This document shows, piece after piece, positions 46,305-55,480 of a stretch of 64,000 nt of DNA. The notes under the pieces were generated by a model that saw only the letters and a list, made by a program, of their open reading frames with translations, had not been told where the DNA came from and did no database searches. Location of the stretch: NCBI GenBank assembly GCA_003213495.1, contig QCMW01000002.1:4303-68302 (forward strand), read 5' to 3'. How positions within the stretch are numbered: position 1 is the first letter of the stretch; each line of letters starts with the position of its first letter. The translations under genes were made by a program, and so were the position numbers. The DNA is from SAR86 cluster bacterium AG-422-O05. Lineage in GTDB: Bacteria; Pseudomonadota; Gammaproteobacteria; Magnimaribacterales; D2472.

Positions 46305-47393
46305 ATGATTATAGGAGTTCCCTCAGAAGTTAAAAATAATGAGAATCGTGTTGGTTTGACACCTGATTCTGCAAGAAAGATTGTAGGTTCTGGGCATGAC
46401 GTTTTAATACAAAAAAATGCTGGTGCTAATATTGGTTTTTTTGACGAACAATATTTAGGTGCTGGGGCTAAAATTGTGAATTCTGCTGAAGACGTTTATA
46501 AATCCTCAGAGATGATTGTTAAAGTTAAAGAACCTATTCCGGATGAATATCCTTTTTTAAGAGATGATTTAACTCTATTTACATATCTTCATTTAGCTGG
46601 TGATCCAGAAAATGCAAAAAAATTAATAGACACTGGGGTTACAGGAATTGCGTATGAAACAGTCACAGCTTCTGATGGCTCAATGCCACTTTTAGCTCCC
46701 ATGAGTACGATTGCAGGTCAATTAGCTATTATAGTTGGTTCATATCATCTCCTAAAACATAATAAAGGTAAGGGTGTAATGATTGGTAAGCTAGATAATA
46801 TCGAACCTAGAGTAGTTACAGTTATCGGGGCTGGTGTAGCAGGAACTCAATCAATTTCAAAAGCTTTAGATAACAATGCCTTTGTGAAAGTTCTTGATAC
46901 TAAGAAATCAAAGCTTCAGAAATTAGAGTCAGAGTTTGGTTCAAACAATATAGAGTATATTTTATCAACAAGTGACTCAGTACAATCCGCAATCAACGAA
47001 TCAGATATGGTTATTGGGAGTGTTTATGTAGTTGGAAAGGAGGCTCCGAAAGTTGTATTTAAAGATATGTTGAAATCTATGAATCCAGGAACCGTAATGG
47101 TGGATGTATCTATTGATCAGGGGGGATGTTTTGAAACAAGCAGACCAACAACTCATGACAACCCAACATTTGTAGAAAACGATATTGTTCATTATTGTGT
47201 TACCAATATGCCAGGGGCAGTCCCTTTAACAGCAACTCAGGCATTAAATAAAGTAACTCTTAAATATATAGAGGATTTAGCTAATAAGGGAGTAGAAAAC
47301 GCTCTTACCGAGGATGAACATTTAAGAAATGGTTTAAATATTAAAGATGGTGAAATTACTCACCCTGCAGTAAGAGATGCATTAAATAATTAA
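46305..47393 (+). CDS. ald: alanine dehydrogenase
   Basis: The start is trimmed from TTG 46284 (inside the terminator T-run) to ATG 46305. Motifs MIIGVPSEVKNNENRVGLTP and GAGVAGT are present. Confidence 0.93.
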   Translation: MIIGVPSEVKNNENRVGLTPDSARKIVGSGHDVLIQKNAGANIGFFDEQYLGAGAKIVNSAEDVYKSSEMIVKVKEPIPDEYPFLRDDLTLFTYLHLAGDPENAKKLIDTGVTGIAYETVTASDGSMPLLAPMSTIAGQLAIIVGSYHLLKHNKGKGVMIGKLDNIEPRVVTVIGAGVAGTQSISKALDNNAFVKVLDTKKSKLQKLESEFGSNNIEYILSTSDSVQSAINESDMVIGSVYVVGKEAPKVVFKDMLKSMNPGTVMVDVSIDQGGCFETSRPTTHDNPTFVENDIVHYCVTNMPGAVPLTATQALNKVTLKYIEDLANKGVENALTEDEHLRNGLNIKDGEITHPAVRDALNN

Positions 47394-47404
47394 GGAGATA
47401 AAAT

Positions 47405-48412
47405 ATGGAAAAAGTTTTAGTCACAGGAGCAACAGGATACATCGGCTTGCATTGTATTCATCAACTTCTTAATCAAGGATATGCTGTTAATGGTTCGGTA
47501 CGTTCTCCTGAAAGGAAAGATGAAATATTTGATGCTCTAAGAAATCATAATACCTCAACGGAAAATCTTAATATATACACATTCGATTTAAATGATGATG
47601 ATGGGTGGGATCAAGGCATGGAAGGCTGTGATTATTTACTTCATGTTGCTTCGCCAATTGCATTAGAGAATCATGATGAGGATTTTTTTGTAAAACCAGC
47701 TGTAGCTGGTGTAAAACGTGCAATGAAATTTGCAAAAAAACACAATGTTAAGAAGGTTGTTTTAACATCTTCAGTAGCTGCAATTTTCGAAACAATGGAG
47801 ACAAAAAGCTATTTTGATGAAACAGATTGGTCTGACCCAGACAATCCTGCAATTAGTCACTACTCTAAAAGTAAAACATTGGCTGAGAAGGCTGCATGGG
47901 ATTATGTTGAAACAGAAAATCATCCTTTTGAACTAGCTGTAATTAATCCTGCATTAGTAATAGGACCATCTTTATCAGGAGACTTAGGTGAGTCAAACAA
48001 AGCTATTGAGATGGTAGCAACAGGCAAAATGCCAGTAGCTGTTCCGCTACAATTTGGATATGTAGATGTCAGAGATGTAGCAGCAGCACATATTTTAGCA
48101 ATGCAAAATCCTGCTAGTAATGGTGAGAGATTTGCTTTAGCTGAAAAAGACCTATGGTATAAAGATGTTGCTAAAGTACTTAAAGACAATGGATTTGATA
48201 AGGCTCCAACTTTTGCTGTTCCAGTTTGGCTTGCAAAAATACTTGCTAACTTTAGTAGGGAATTAAAATTGACATTACCTTATCTTGGAAGAGTTAGAAG
48301 CGTTAAGAATACTTCAAAAGCTAAAGATATTCTTGGCTGGAAACCAAGACCTGCAGAAGAATCTATTGTAGAAATTGCCCAGCAGATTCAGGACATGGGA
48401 TTAATTAAATAA
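47405..48412 (+). CDS. NAD(P)-dependent extended SDR (aldehyde/dihydroflavonol-reductase-like epimerase/dehydratase family)
   Basis: Motifs VLVTGATGYIG and catalytic YSKSK (Y-x3-K) are present. An SD sequence (AAGGAGA) is present. Confidence 0.85.
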   Translation: MEKVLVTGATGYIGLHCIHQLLNQGYAVNGSVRSPERKDEIFDALRNHNTSTENLNIYTFDLNDDDGWDQGMEGCDYLLHVASPIALENHDEDFFVKPAVAGVKRAMKFAKKHNVKKVVLTSSVAAIFETMETKSYFDETDWSDPDNPAISHYSKSKTLAEKAAWDYVETENHPFELAVINPALVIGPSLSGDLGESNKAIEMVATGKMPVAVPLQFGYVDVRDVAAAHILAMQNPASNGERFALAEKDLWYKDVAKVLKDNGFDKAPTFAVPVWLAKILANFSRELKLTLPYLGRVRSVKNTSKAKDILGWKPRPAEESIVEIAQQIQDMGLIK

Positions 48413-49172
48413 TACCTGGAATAATTGCCTTTCTGTTTTTAGGGTAATTTTCAAATTTCTTTTGATACCACTTGTGATGAGATATTGCTCTCGGAAATAG
48501 GTTTGCTATTACCCATATCAAAAAGACAACTCCAGAAATGCTCCAAGTTAATATTGCCCAGCCAATCCATTCAATAATTTCTCCAAAATAGTTTGGTGCA
48601 GAAATATATTTATATAAGAAACCATCTGGGATGTGATAACCAGGACCTTTTTTCTTTTTCATTGATGCTATGTAATAGTCAGATTTAATATTTATAAACA
48701 TTCCCATCAAGAATAGAGTTAATCCAACAATAAATATTGGGCTTGTAATCCAATTAGCAGAATATTCAGTAAAATAAAAAATTCCAAATGCTTGAATACT
48801 TACATTAATAATATTAAAACAGAATGCAGACAGCGCTATCGAAATCGGCATTTTTGGATTAGTCATTTCAATTGCAAATGGATAAATAAAAGTTCTATGT
48901 ATATAGTGCGTCAACCATAACAAAAGGAAAATTTCGTGCACAACGTTCAACTGATCTTTAACAATAAGCCCATAGGCTATCATCAAAATCACGCATGGTG
49001 ACTCCATAACAACCCATCCTAATCTTGCAGAAATATTTATTCCCCAACCTTTTTTTATATGCCTACCATAAGGTGCGCTTTGGAAAAACAAATATACAAA
49101 GGTACAAATTGCAACAAGCACCCATAGAATTAAAAAGATATAAAAACTATTCATAATTAATTTATTAAACAA
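48405..49172 (-). CDS. 3-oxo-5-alpha-steroid 4-dehydrogenase (steroid 5-alpha-reductase) family membrane protein
   Basis: 255 aa, polytopic. The C-terminal motif PDGFLYKYISAPNYFGEIIEWIGWAIL parallels SRD5A ...GGLFEYVSCPNYFGEIMEW.... Confidence 0.8.
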   Translation of the reverse strand: MFNKLIMNSFYIFLILWVLVAICTFVYLFFQSAPYGRHIKKGWGINISARLGWVVMESPCVILMIAYGLIVKDQLNVVHEIFLLLWLTHYIHRTFIYPFAIEMTNPKMPISIALSAFCFNIINVSIQAFGIFYFTEYSANWITSPIFIVGLTLFLMGMFINIKSDYYIASMKKKKGPGYHIPDGFLYKYISAPNYFGEIIEWIGWAILTWSISGVVFLIWVIANLFPRAISHHKWYQKKFENYPKNRKAIIPGII

Positions 49173-49235
49173 AGTTTACAGTTTCAATTCTAAATCATAA
49201 ACTAAATATATATTTTTCTTTGGAGAGATTTATCA

Positions 49236-50915
49236 ATGAATGATTATGATTTTATTATTCTAGGTGCTGGCTCAGCGGGTTGTGTTTTAGCTAATAGACT
49301 AAGTAAAAACTCTAATTTTAAGGTATGTCTTATAGAGGCTGGTTCAAAAGATTCAGATCCTAGGTTGCATATACCTTTAGGCTTTGCATTTTTAGGAGAC
49401 GGAAGTAAATTTAGTTGGAATTATGAAACTGTTCCTCAAAAAGAATTCGAGAAAGAGGTTGTTGCCCAGCCTGTTCAAGAAGTAATAGATTCAACCGGTG
49501 GAACTCACAAAGTTGAAACTGAATCAATGGAGCATAGAAAAGGATTCCAACCAAGAGGAAAGACTCTTGGGGGGTCTAGCTCAATCAATGCAATGTTATA
49601 TGTCAGAGGGCATCGATGGGATTATGATCATTGGTCAGAATTAGGAAATGAAGGCTGGTCGTATGACGAAGTTCTTCCTTATTTTAAAAAGGCTGAACAC
49701 AATGAAGAATTTGATGATGAATTTCATGGCCAGAGGGGACCTTTAAATGTTTCTAAGATTAGACATCAAAACACACCAACTGATGATTTTGTTAAAACTG
49801 GTTCTGAGTTATTTGGTTTTAATGATGATTTTAATGGTGCTGAGCAAGAGGGCGTAGGTTATTATCAAACTACACAAAAAGATGGAAAAAGATGCAGCGC
49901 TGCAAAGGCATATCTAGTTCCTGCATTAGAAAGAGAAAATTTAACTGTAATGACAGATACAAATGTTAATAAAATTCTATTTGAAAATAAGAAAGCTGTT
50001 GGTGTTGAATGTATCGACAAAGATGGGAAAGTGATAATAGTCAATGCAAATAAAGAGGTAATATTGAGCTCAGGTGCATTTGGATCTCCTCAAATATTAT
50101 TAAGATCTGGCATTGGGCCGTTAGGAGAAATAGTAAAGCATGACATTGAACACATTCATGAACTTCCAGGTGTTGGCAAAAATTTACAAGACCATATTGA
50201 TTATTTATCTGTGCACAAATATAACTCCATTGAATTAATTGGATTTTCTTTAAAATCGATCTTTTATAAATTTCCACTTGAGATAATAAAGTATATTTTT
50301 GCAAAAGTTGGTTTGTTCACGTCAACAGTTGCAGAGGCAGGTGGATTTATCAAAACAAATAATGAAAAAGATATACCAGATATCCAGTTACATTTTGCAC
50401 CAGCTATGGTTATTGATCATGGAAGAACTTCGGTCTGGGGCCATGGACTAAGTTGTCATGTATGTCTTTTAAGGCCTAAGTCAAGAGGAGAGGTTACTTT
50501 GAAATCTTCTGATCCTTTTGAAGACCCTTTAATAGATCCAAAGTTTTTATCTCACCCTGATGATGTTGCAGACCTAGTTGAGGGATATAAAAAAATGATG
50601 ACCATTTTAAATAAAAGCCCTGTAAGTAAATATACATCTAGTCATGTGCAGCGACCAATAGATTTAAACGATAATGAAGATATTGAACAAGCAATAAGAG
50701 AAGAAGCAGACACTGTTTATCATCCAGTAGGAACTTGCAAGATGGGTAGTGATGAAATGGCGGTGGTTAATCACAACTTGGAAGTACATGGTATTGAAGG
50801 ATTGAGAGTTGTTGATGCATCTATCATGCCAACATTAATAGGAGGTAATACCAACGCACCAACCATAATGATTGGAGAAAAAGCTTCAGATATTATTTTA
50901 GAGCATTGGTCTTAG
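49236..50915 (+). CDS. GMC-family FAD oxidoreductase (choline/alcohol dehydrogenase-like)
   Basis: Motifs DFIILGAGSAGCVLANRLS, GGSSSINAM and the C-terminal HPVGTCKMG are present. Confidence 0.9.
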   Translation: MNDYDFIILGAGSAGCVLANRLSKNSNFKVCLIEAGSKDSDPRLHIPLGFAFLGDGSKFSWNYETVPQKEFEKEVVAQPVQEVIDSTGGTHKVETESMEHRKGFQPRGKTLGGSSSINAMLYVRGHRWDYDHWSELGNEGWSYDEVLPYFKKAEHNEEFDDEFHGQRGPLNVSKIRHQNTPTDDFVKTGSELFGFNDDFNGAEQEGVGYYQTTQKDGKRCSAAKAYLVPALERENLTVMTDTNVNKILFENKKAVGVECIDKDGKVIIVNANKEVILSSGAFGSPQILLRSGIGPLGEIVKHDIEHIHELPGVGKNLQDHIDYLSVHKYNSIELIGFSLKSIFYKFPLEIIKYIFAKVGLFTSTVAEAGGFIKTNNEKDIPDIQLHFAPAMVIDHGRTSVWGHGLSCHVCLLRPKSRGEVTLKSSDPFEDPLIDPKFLSHPDDVADLVEGYKKMMTILNKSPVSKYTSSHVQRPIDLNDNEDIEQAIREEADTVYHPVGTCKMGSDEMAVVNHNLEVHGIEGLRVVDASIMPTLIGGNTNAPTIMIGEKASDIILEHWS

Positions 50916-50919
50916 TTTT

Positions 50920-51240
50920 ATGAAAAAGTTTATTTTAAGTATAGCTTTTCTATGTATCACTTTAATTACATCACTAAATGCTGAAGTAATAATCGATGTC
51001 AGAACGATTGATGAGTATAACTCTGGCCACATAGAAAACTCATTAAACATTGAATGGCAGGCTATAGATGAGATTAATCATTCTATTTCTAAAGATGAAA
51101 AAATATATCTTTACTGCAGAAGTGGAAACAGATCAGGTAAAGCACAAAATATCTTAATTAATATGGGATACAAAGACGTAATTAACTTAGGTGGCATAAA
51201 TACTGCTGCAAAGACATTAGGTTTAAATATTGTTAAATAA
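50920..51240 (+). CDS. secreted single-domain rhodanese-like sulfurtransferase
   Basis: Signal peptide is present. The active-site loop is YCRSGNRSGKA. Confidence 0.85.
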   Translation: MKKFILSIAFLCITLITSLNAEVIIDVRTIDEYNSGHIENSLNIEWQAIDEINHSISKDEKIYLYCRSGNRSGKAQNILINMGYKDVINLGGINTAAKTLGLNIVK

Positions 51241-51255
51241 CATTAATAAATATTT

Positions 51256-52179
51256 ATGAAGAGTTTTTTCAGTTTTTTATCAAAATCATCTCAAAAAAAA
51301 ATTTTATGTCTTGATGGTGGTGGAGTCAGAACTATAGCTGCATTAGTTTTTTTAAAAAAACTTGAATCAGAGAGCGGTAAAAAAGTTACAGATATATTTG
51401 ATATGTTTATCGGTACAAGTGCAGGCTCATTGAACGCAGCGTGTTTTGCATATGGTGACTTTTCTGCAGAAAAAGTTAAAAATTATTGGTCAAAAAAATA
51501 TCTTGATAGGATAATGAAAAGTTCTTTTTTTTGGGACAAAGCGTCCTTAATTCAAGCAAGACCAAGATATGAAAACGATGGAAGAATCAATGTGCTTAAT
51601 GAAATTTTCAAAGATAACACTTTAGATAAATCTAAGAAGCCCTTCTTGTGCTATGCATATGATATTGAAAAACGAACACATTCAGTTTTCGATTCCTTCA
51701 ATACACCTGAAATTACTTTTAAAGACGCTGTTGCAGCTTCAAGTGCTGCTCCAATGTATTTTCCTTCTTATCAAATGCAAAATAAATCTTGGATGATCGA
51801 TGGAAGTATAATTACAAATAACCCAACCTTGATTGGATATACATATGCAAAAAATTTATTGGAATCTGAAAATATTAAAATTTTGAGCATTGGTTCAGGT
51901 CAAAATAAAAAGAAAATAAGTGGTGAGGCATCGACAAAATGGGGTGGTGTTGGATGGTTAAGAAACGATATTATGGGGATGCTGCTCGATTCAGAGATTC
52001 ATAATGATATTTCTGGAGATATTTTTAAAAAAAATTATTTAAGAATTAATTCACCGCTTGGAAAGGTTAATAAATTCCTTGATGATGATTCAGAAGAAAA
52101 TTTAGAAAGAATCCATTTAATGGGTATGGAGTGGTGGACCAGATATGGAGAAGAAGCGCTTTCATTTATTGAAAAATAA
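51256..52179 (+). CDS. patatin-like phospholipase
   Basis: Oxyanion motif is LDGGGVRT. Nucleophile motif is GTSAGS. Catalytic Asp lies in IDGSIITNNP. Confidence 0.85.
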   Translation: MKSFFSFLSKSSQKKILCLDGGGVRTIAALVFLKKLESESGKKVTDIFDMFIGTSAGSLNAACFAYGDFSAEKVKNYWSKKYLDRIMKSSFFWDKASLIQARPRYENDGRINVLNEIFKDNTLDKSKKPFLCYAYDIEKRTHSVFDSFNTPEITFKDAVAASSAAPMYFPSYQMQNKSWMIDGSIITNNPTLIGYTYAKNLLESENIKILSIGSGQNKKKISGEASTKWGGVGWLRNDIMGMLLDSEIHNDISGDIFKKNYLRINSPLGKVNKFLDDDSEENLERIHLMGMEWWTRYGEEALSFIEK

Positions 52180-52279
52180 ATATTTAAATTATATATAAAA
52201 ACTTGTTATAAACTTGACATAAACAATACAAAAAAGTTTAATCTTCATCTTATACACATAAATACCTAGGGGGTTAAAC

Positions 52280-55200
52280 GTGAAACAATTTTTATTGTCA
52301 TTGGTGTTCTTATTGCCAGTATCTTCTTATGTTTTTGGACAAGAAACTGAAGAGGAGAACGAAAACGAAGTTGAGGAAATTGTCGTTACTGGTATAAAGT
52401 CAAGTTTAGTCGATGCTATTGAAATAAAAAGAAATAACATCGGTGTCACCGAAATTATTACAGCAGAAGACGTTGGAAAATTTCCTGATGGAAATATTGC
52501 TGAAGCCTTAGCAAGAGTTTCTGGTATTGCAATTGACAGAAGCAATATCGAAGGAAAGGAAGTTACTGTAAGGGGTATGGGTGCTCAATATAACATGGTA
52601 ACTTTAAATGGAAGAGTTATGCCGGTTGCTCCTGGTAATTATGATGGTGGTAGAGCCTATGACTTTGGAGCAATATCTTCACATGGAATAGCTAGAGTTG
52701 AGGTATATAAATCACAAAATCCTTCTTTACCCTCAGGTGGTTTAGGGGCCACGATTAACATGGTTACTGCAAAACCTTTGGAAGTAGATAATGGAGGAGC
52801 ATTATCATTTTTATTGATGTCAGATTCCACAAATGTAAACGGAGATGATATGACACCAGAACTTGAGTTTATTCATAGTTATAAATCTAGCTATCTTGGA
52901 CTGGATTGGGGTGTCTCATTTTCTGGATCTTATCATGACAGAAGTAACAGAGAAGAAACCACAAATGAAATGAAGTGGCTTCCTAGTAATCTTCAAGCAC
53001 CTACTTTTGGTCCAAACGTCACCGATAATAGTGGTGGCATTGTTAATTATAGGCCTCAAGGATTTTTTGTTGGTTACAAAGACAATCAACGCGAAAGAAA
53101 AAATCTTGCAGCCTCATTTCAAGTATCAAATCAAACTACGACAGTTACAATTGATGGAGTTTATTCAGGTGTTGATTTTCAGTCATCTGGTAATAGGGCA
53201 GGTTCAGGACTTGATATTGCCTACAGCGTTCCTTATGGGGCAGGCATTGGTATGGATAATGTAAATATTGATTCAAATGGTGTTGTAAACCAATTTGATA
53301 TTGTTGGATCTGGAACAAACTTGACTCAATTTGTTGATTGGAGCTCTGAGAAAACAGCAAACAGATCAATTGGTCTTAATGTTGAATGGACTGGTTCAGA
53401 TAGCTTAACTCTTGAATTTGACTATCATAATTCAACAGCTGTTAATTCAGGTGGTGCTAATGATATGGGATTTGCAAATGGCTCATGGTCTGGATATGGA
53501 GATGGGCAAAGTTTTGATAATGGAAACCCCTACAACCAATGGGCTGAACTTACTAATTTAAGATTTATTGCCAATAATACTATTCCTGATTGGATTCCAA
53601 CAACAAGTGTTGGTTTTCAATGGTATCCAAGAACTGAAAGAGATTTAGAAGGGGTTGATATGTCATCGACAACTGCCCATTTAAGATATAACAATAAAGA
53701 AAGTAATCTTTCTCAATTTCAAATTAAAGGTGATTGGCAAAACATTAATGAATTTTTATTGGAGAAGCTGGTATCAGTTCAGTTTGGACTTTCATCAATT
53801 GAACAAAAGTTTGATAGAACTCTGAGGTCAAATACATTATTTGCACCCATTCAAGACGGTGCTGCGCCTGGCTCTTTGATATGGGGTCCCAATTTTTGGA
53901 ATGATGATGCGTTTACACTTACAAGTTTAGCTGGTTTACTGGGCGATTCATCCGACGGTTTAAGCGTACCTTATTATATGCATATCAATTTTGATGATGC
54001 TGTAGCAGGCTACTCTCAAGGATATTGGATAAATTCTCCTACTTGGAATTGTTCTGAAGGTTTCCCAAATTGTTATGGTTCTCCAGAGGATATTGCTACA
54101 GTAAAGGAATCGACAGATTCAGCATATATACAATTAAACTTTGAAGGTGAATACAACATGATGCCTTGGAAGCTAGTTACTTCTTTAAGATATGAAGAAT
54201 TGATGCTTAAAGCTCCTCAAAACTATAATGTTCCAACAGGCACTTTCATAGGTACTTACGGTTGGGGTGATGGCCCGTATTTTATTTTTGGACCTACTCA
54301 AAATGGAGAAATGCCATTAAGAAATATTTCAGGATCATATAGTTCTAAATCTGAAATGGTTTTACCAAGTTTTGCTTTTAGTATTGCTCCGTCCGAAAAT
54401 ACAGTCGTAAGATTAAGTGCAGGTAAAACTATTGCTAGATCAGGCTTAGAAAAATTTTCACCTAATGTTGTATTTCCTCAGTTCCTTAGCATGAATAATC
54501 CAGTTCACGTAAATACATCAGGTAATCCTGATTTAGAACCTCTAGTTAGTAATAATATTGATTTAGCTTTTGAATATTATTATGCAGAGGGTAGCTATGC
54601 CGCTGTTAATATTTTCCAGAAAGATTTAAAAGACTTTCCAGGCAACTCTACAACAAGAGTTACTTATGATGGTTTATATGATGTTAGATATGGAGTCAAT
54701 GGAGCTGGGCCAGCTGATACCTCAACAGTTGTGTTAAATTGGCCAAATTATCAAACTATAGATCAAGTAACTTTTGGAAGTATGGATTGGTGGCAAACAT
54801 TAATGAAAATTTACCATGCAACCGTTCCAGGTACATCATGTACTTTAGACCAAAGAACTTGGAGTGACTATTTTTATTATAATAGTACAGAATGTGTTCA
54901 AAGCAGCTCTTCAATTAATCCATTAATGCAATTCGATATTAACAGGCCTGAAAATATTTATTCGGGTAAGCTTGATGGAGTTGAGATAGCGCTTCAACAT
55001 TTCTTTGTAAACACCAATTTTGGATTTATTTTTAACTACACTTTTATTAATGGAGATACAGAGGCATCACCTACTGCTGTAAGAAATGAATCCTTTGAAT
55101 TGGCTGGATTTGGAGACTCTGGAAACCTATCTGTTTTCTATGAAAATGAAAAATTTTCTGCCAGACTTTCCAATAATTATAGAGCTGAAACATATGTTGG

Positions 55201-55411
55201 ATTTGATGAGTATAACCCTTTATGGGTTGAGGCAAGATCACAAGTTGACTTCAGTGCATCATATAGAGTTAATGATGGCGTTAGTCTTTTTGTGGAAGGA
55301 TTAAACATAACTGATTCCGAAGTGCGTTTATACGCAAGATATGACAATATGTTATTCTTAGCGCAAAATCATGGACCTGTTTACAAGGCTGGATTCAGAG
55401 TTAAGTTTTAA
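52280..55411 (+). CDS. TonB-dependent outer-membrane receptor
   Basis: GTG start with an AGGGGG SD. Signal peptide, acidic linker and EEIVVTG are present. Plug motifs are NIAEALARVSGI and TLNGR. It has a long beta-barrel ending ...YKAGFRVKF. Confidence 0.93.
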   Translation: MKQFLLSLVFLLPVSSYVFGQETEEENENEVEEIVVTGIKSSLVDAIEIKRNNIGVTEIITAEDVGKFPDGNIAEALARVSGIAIDRSNIEGKEVTVRGMGAQYNMVTLNGRVMPVAPGNYDGGRAYDFGAISSHGIARVEVYKSQNPSLPSGGLGATINMVTAKPLEVDNGGALSFLLMSDSTNVNGDDMTPELEFIHSYKSSYLGLDWGVSFSGSYHDRSNREETTNEMKWLPSNLQAPTFGPNVTDNSGGIVNYRPQGFFVGYKDNQRERKNLAASFQVSNQTTTVTIDGVYSGVDFQSSGNRAGSGLDIAYSVPYGAGIGMDNVNIDSNGVVNQFDIVGSGTNLTQFVDWSSEKTANRSIGLNVEWTGSDSLTLEFDYHNSTAVNSGGANDMGFANGSWSGYGDGQSFDNGNPYNQWAELTNLRFIANNTIPDWIPTTSVGFQWYPRTERDLEGVDMSSTTAHLRYNNKESNLSQFQIKGDWQNINEFLLEKLVSVQFGLSSIEQKFDRTLRSNTLFAPIQDGAAPGSLIWGPNFWNDDAFTLTSLAGLLGDSSDGLSVPYYMHINFDDAVAGYSQGYWINSPTWNCSEGFPNCYGSPEDIATVKESTDSAYIQLNFEGEYNMMPWKLVTSLRYEELMLKAPQNYNVPTGTFIGTYGWGDGPYFIFGPTQNGEMPLRNISGSYSSKSEMVLPSFAFSIAPSENTVVRLSAGKTIARSGLEKFSPNVVFPQFLSMNNPVHVNTSGNPDLEPLVSNNIDLAFEYYYAEGSYAAVNIFQKDLKDFPGNSTTRVTYDGLYDVRYGVNGAGPADTSTVVLNWPNYQTIDQVTFGSMDWWQTLMKIYHATVPGTSCTLDQRTWSDYFYYNSTECVQSSSSINPLMQFDINRPENIYSGKLDGVEIALQHFFVNTNFGFIFNYTFINGDTEASPTAVRNESFELAGFGDSGNLSVFYENEKFSARLSNNYRAETYVGFDEYNPLWVEARSQVDFSASYRVNDGVSLFVEGLNITDSEVRLYARYDNMLFLAQNHGPVYKAGFRVKF

Positions 55412-55430
55412 AAATATATATCAAAAGTAA

Positions 55431-55456
55431 AAGAGGGCTTTTTAGCCCTCTTTTTT
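55431..55456 (+). terminator. rho-independent terminator after the TonB-dependent receptor
   Basis: AAGAGGGC-TTTTTA-GCCCTCTT is followed by a T-run. Confidence 0.85.
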
Positions 55457-55468
55457 ATTTGTATAAGA

Positions 55469-55474
55469 TATAAT
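55469..55474 (+). promoter_or_regulatory. TATAAT hexamer 6 nt upstream of ATG 55481 (possible leaderless start)
   Basis: Read directly. There is no SD between the hexamer and the ATG. Confidence 0.3.
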
Positions 55475-55480
55475 TTGTAT

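Noticed and set aside
52327-55304. Small ORFs on both strands inside the TonB-dependent receptor gene
   Set aside because: They are shadow ORFs within a 1043-codon gene with clear receptor motifs.
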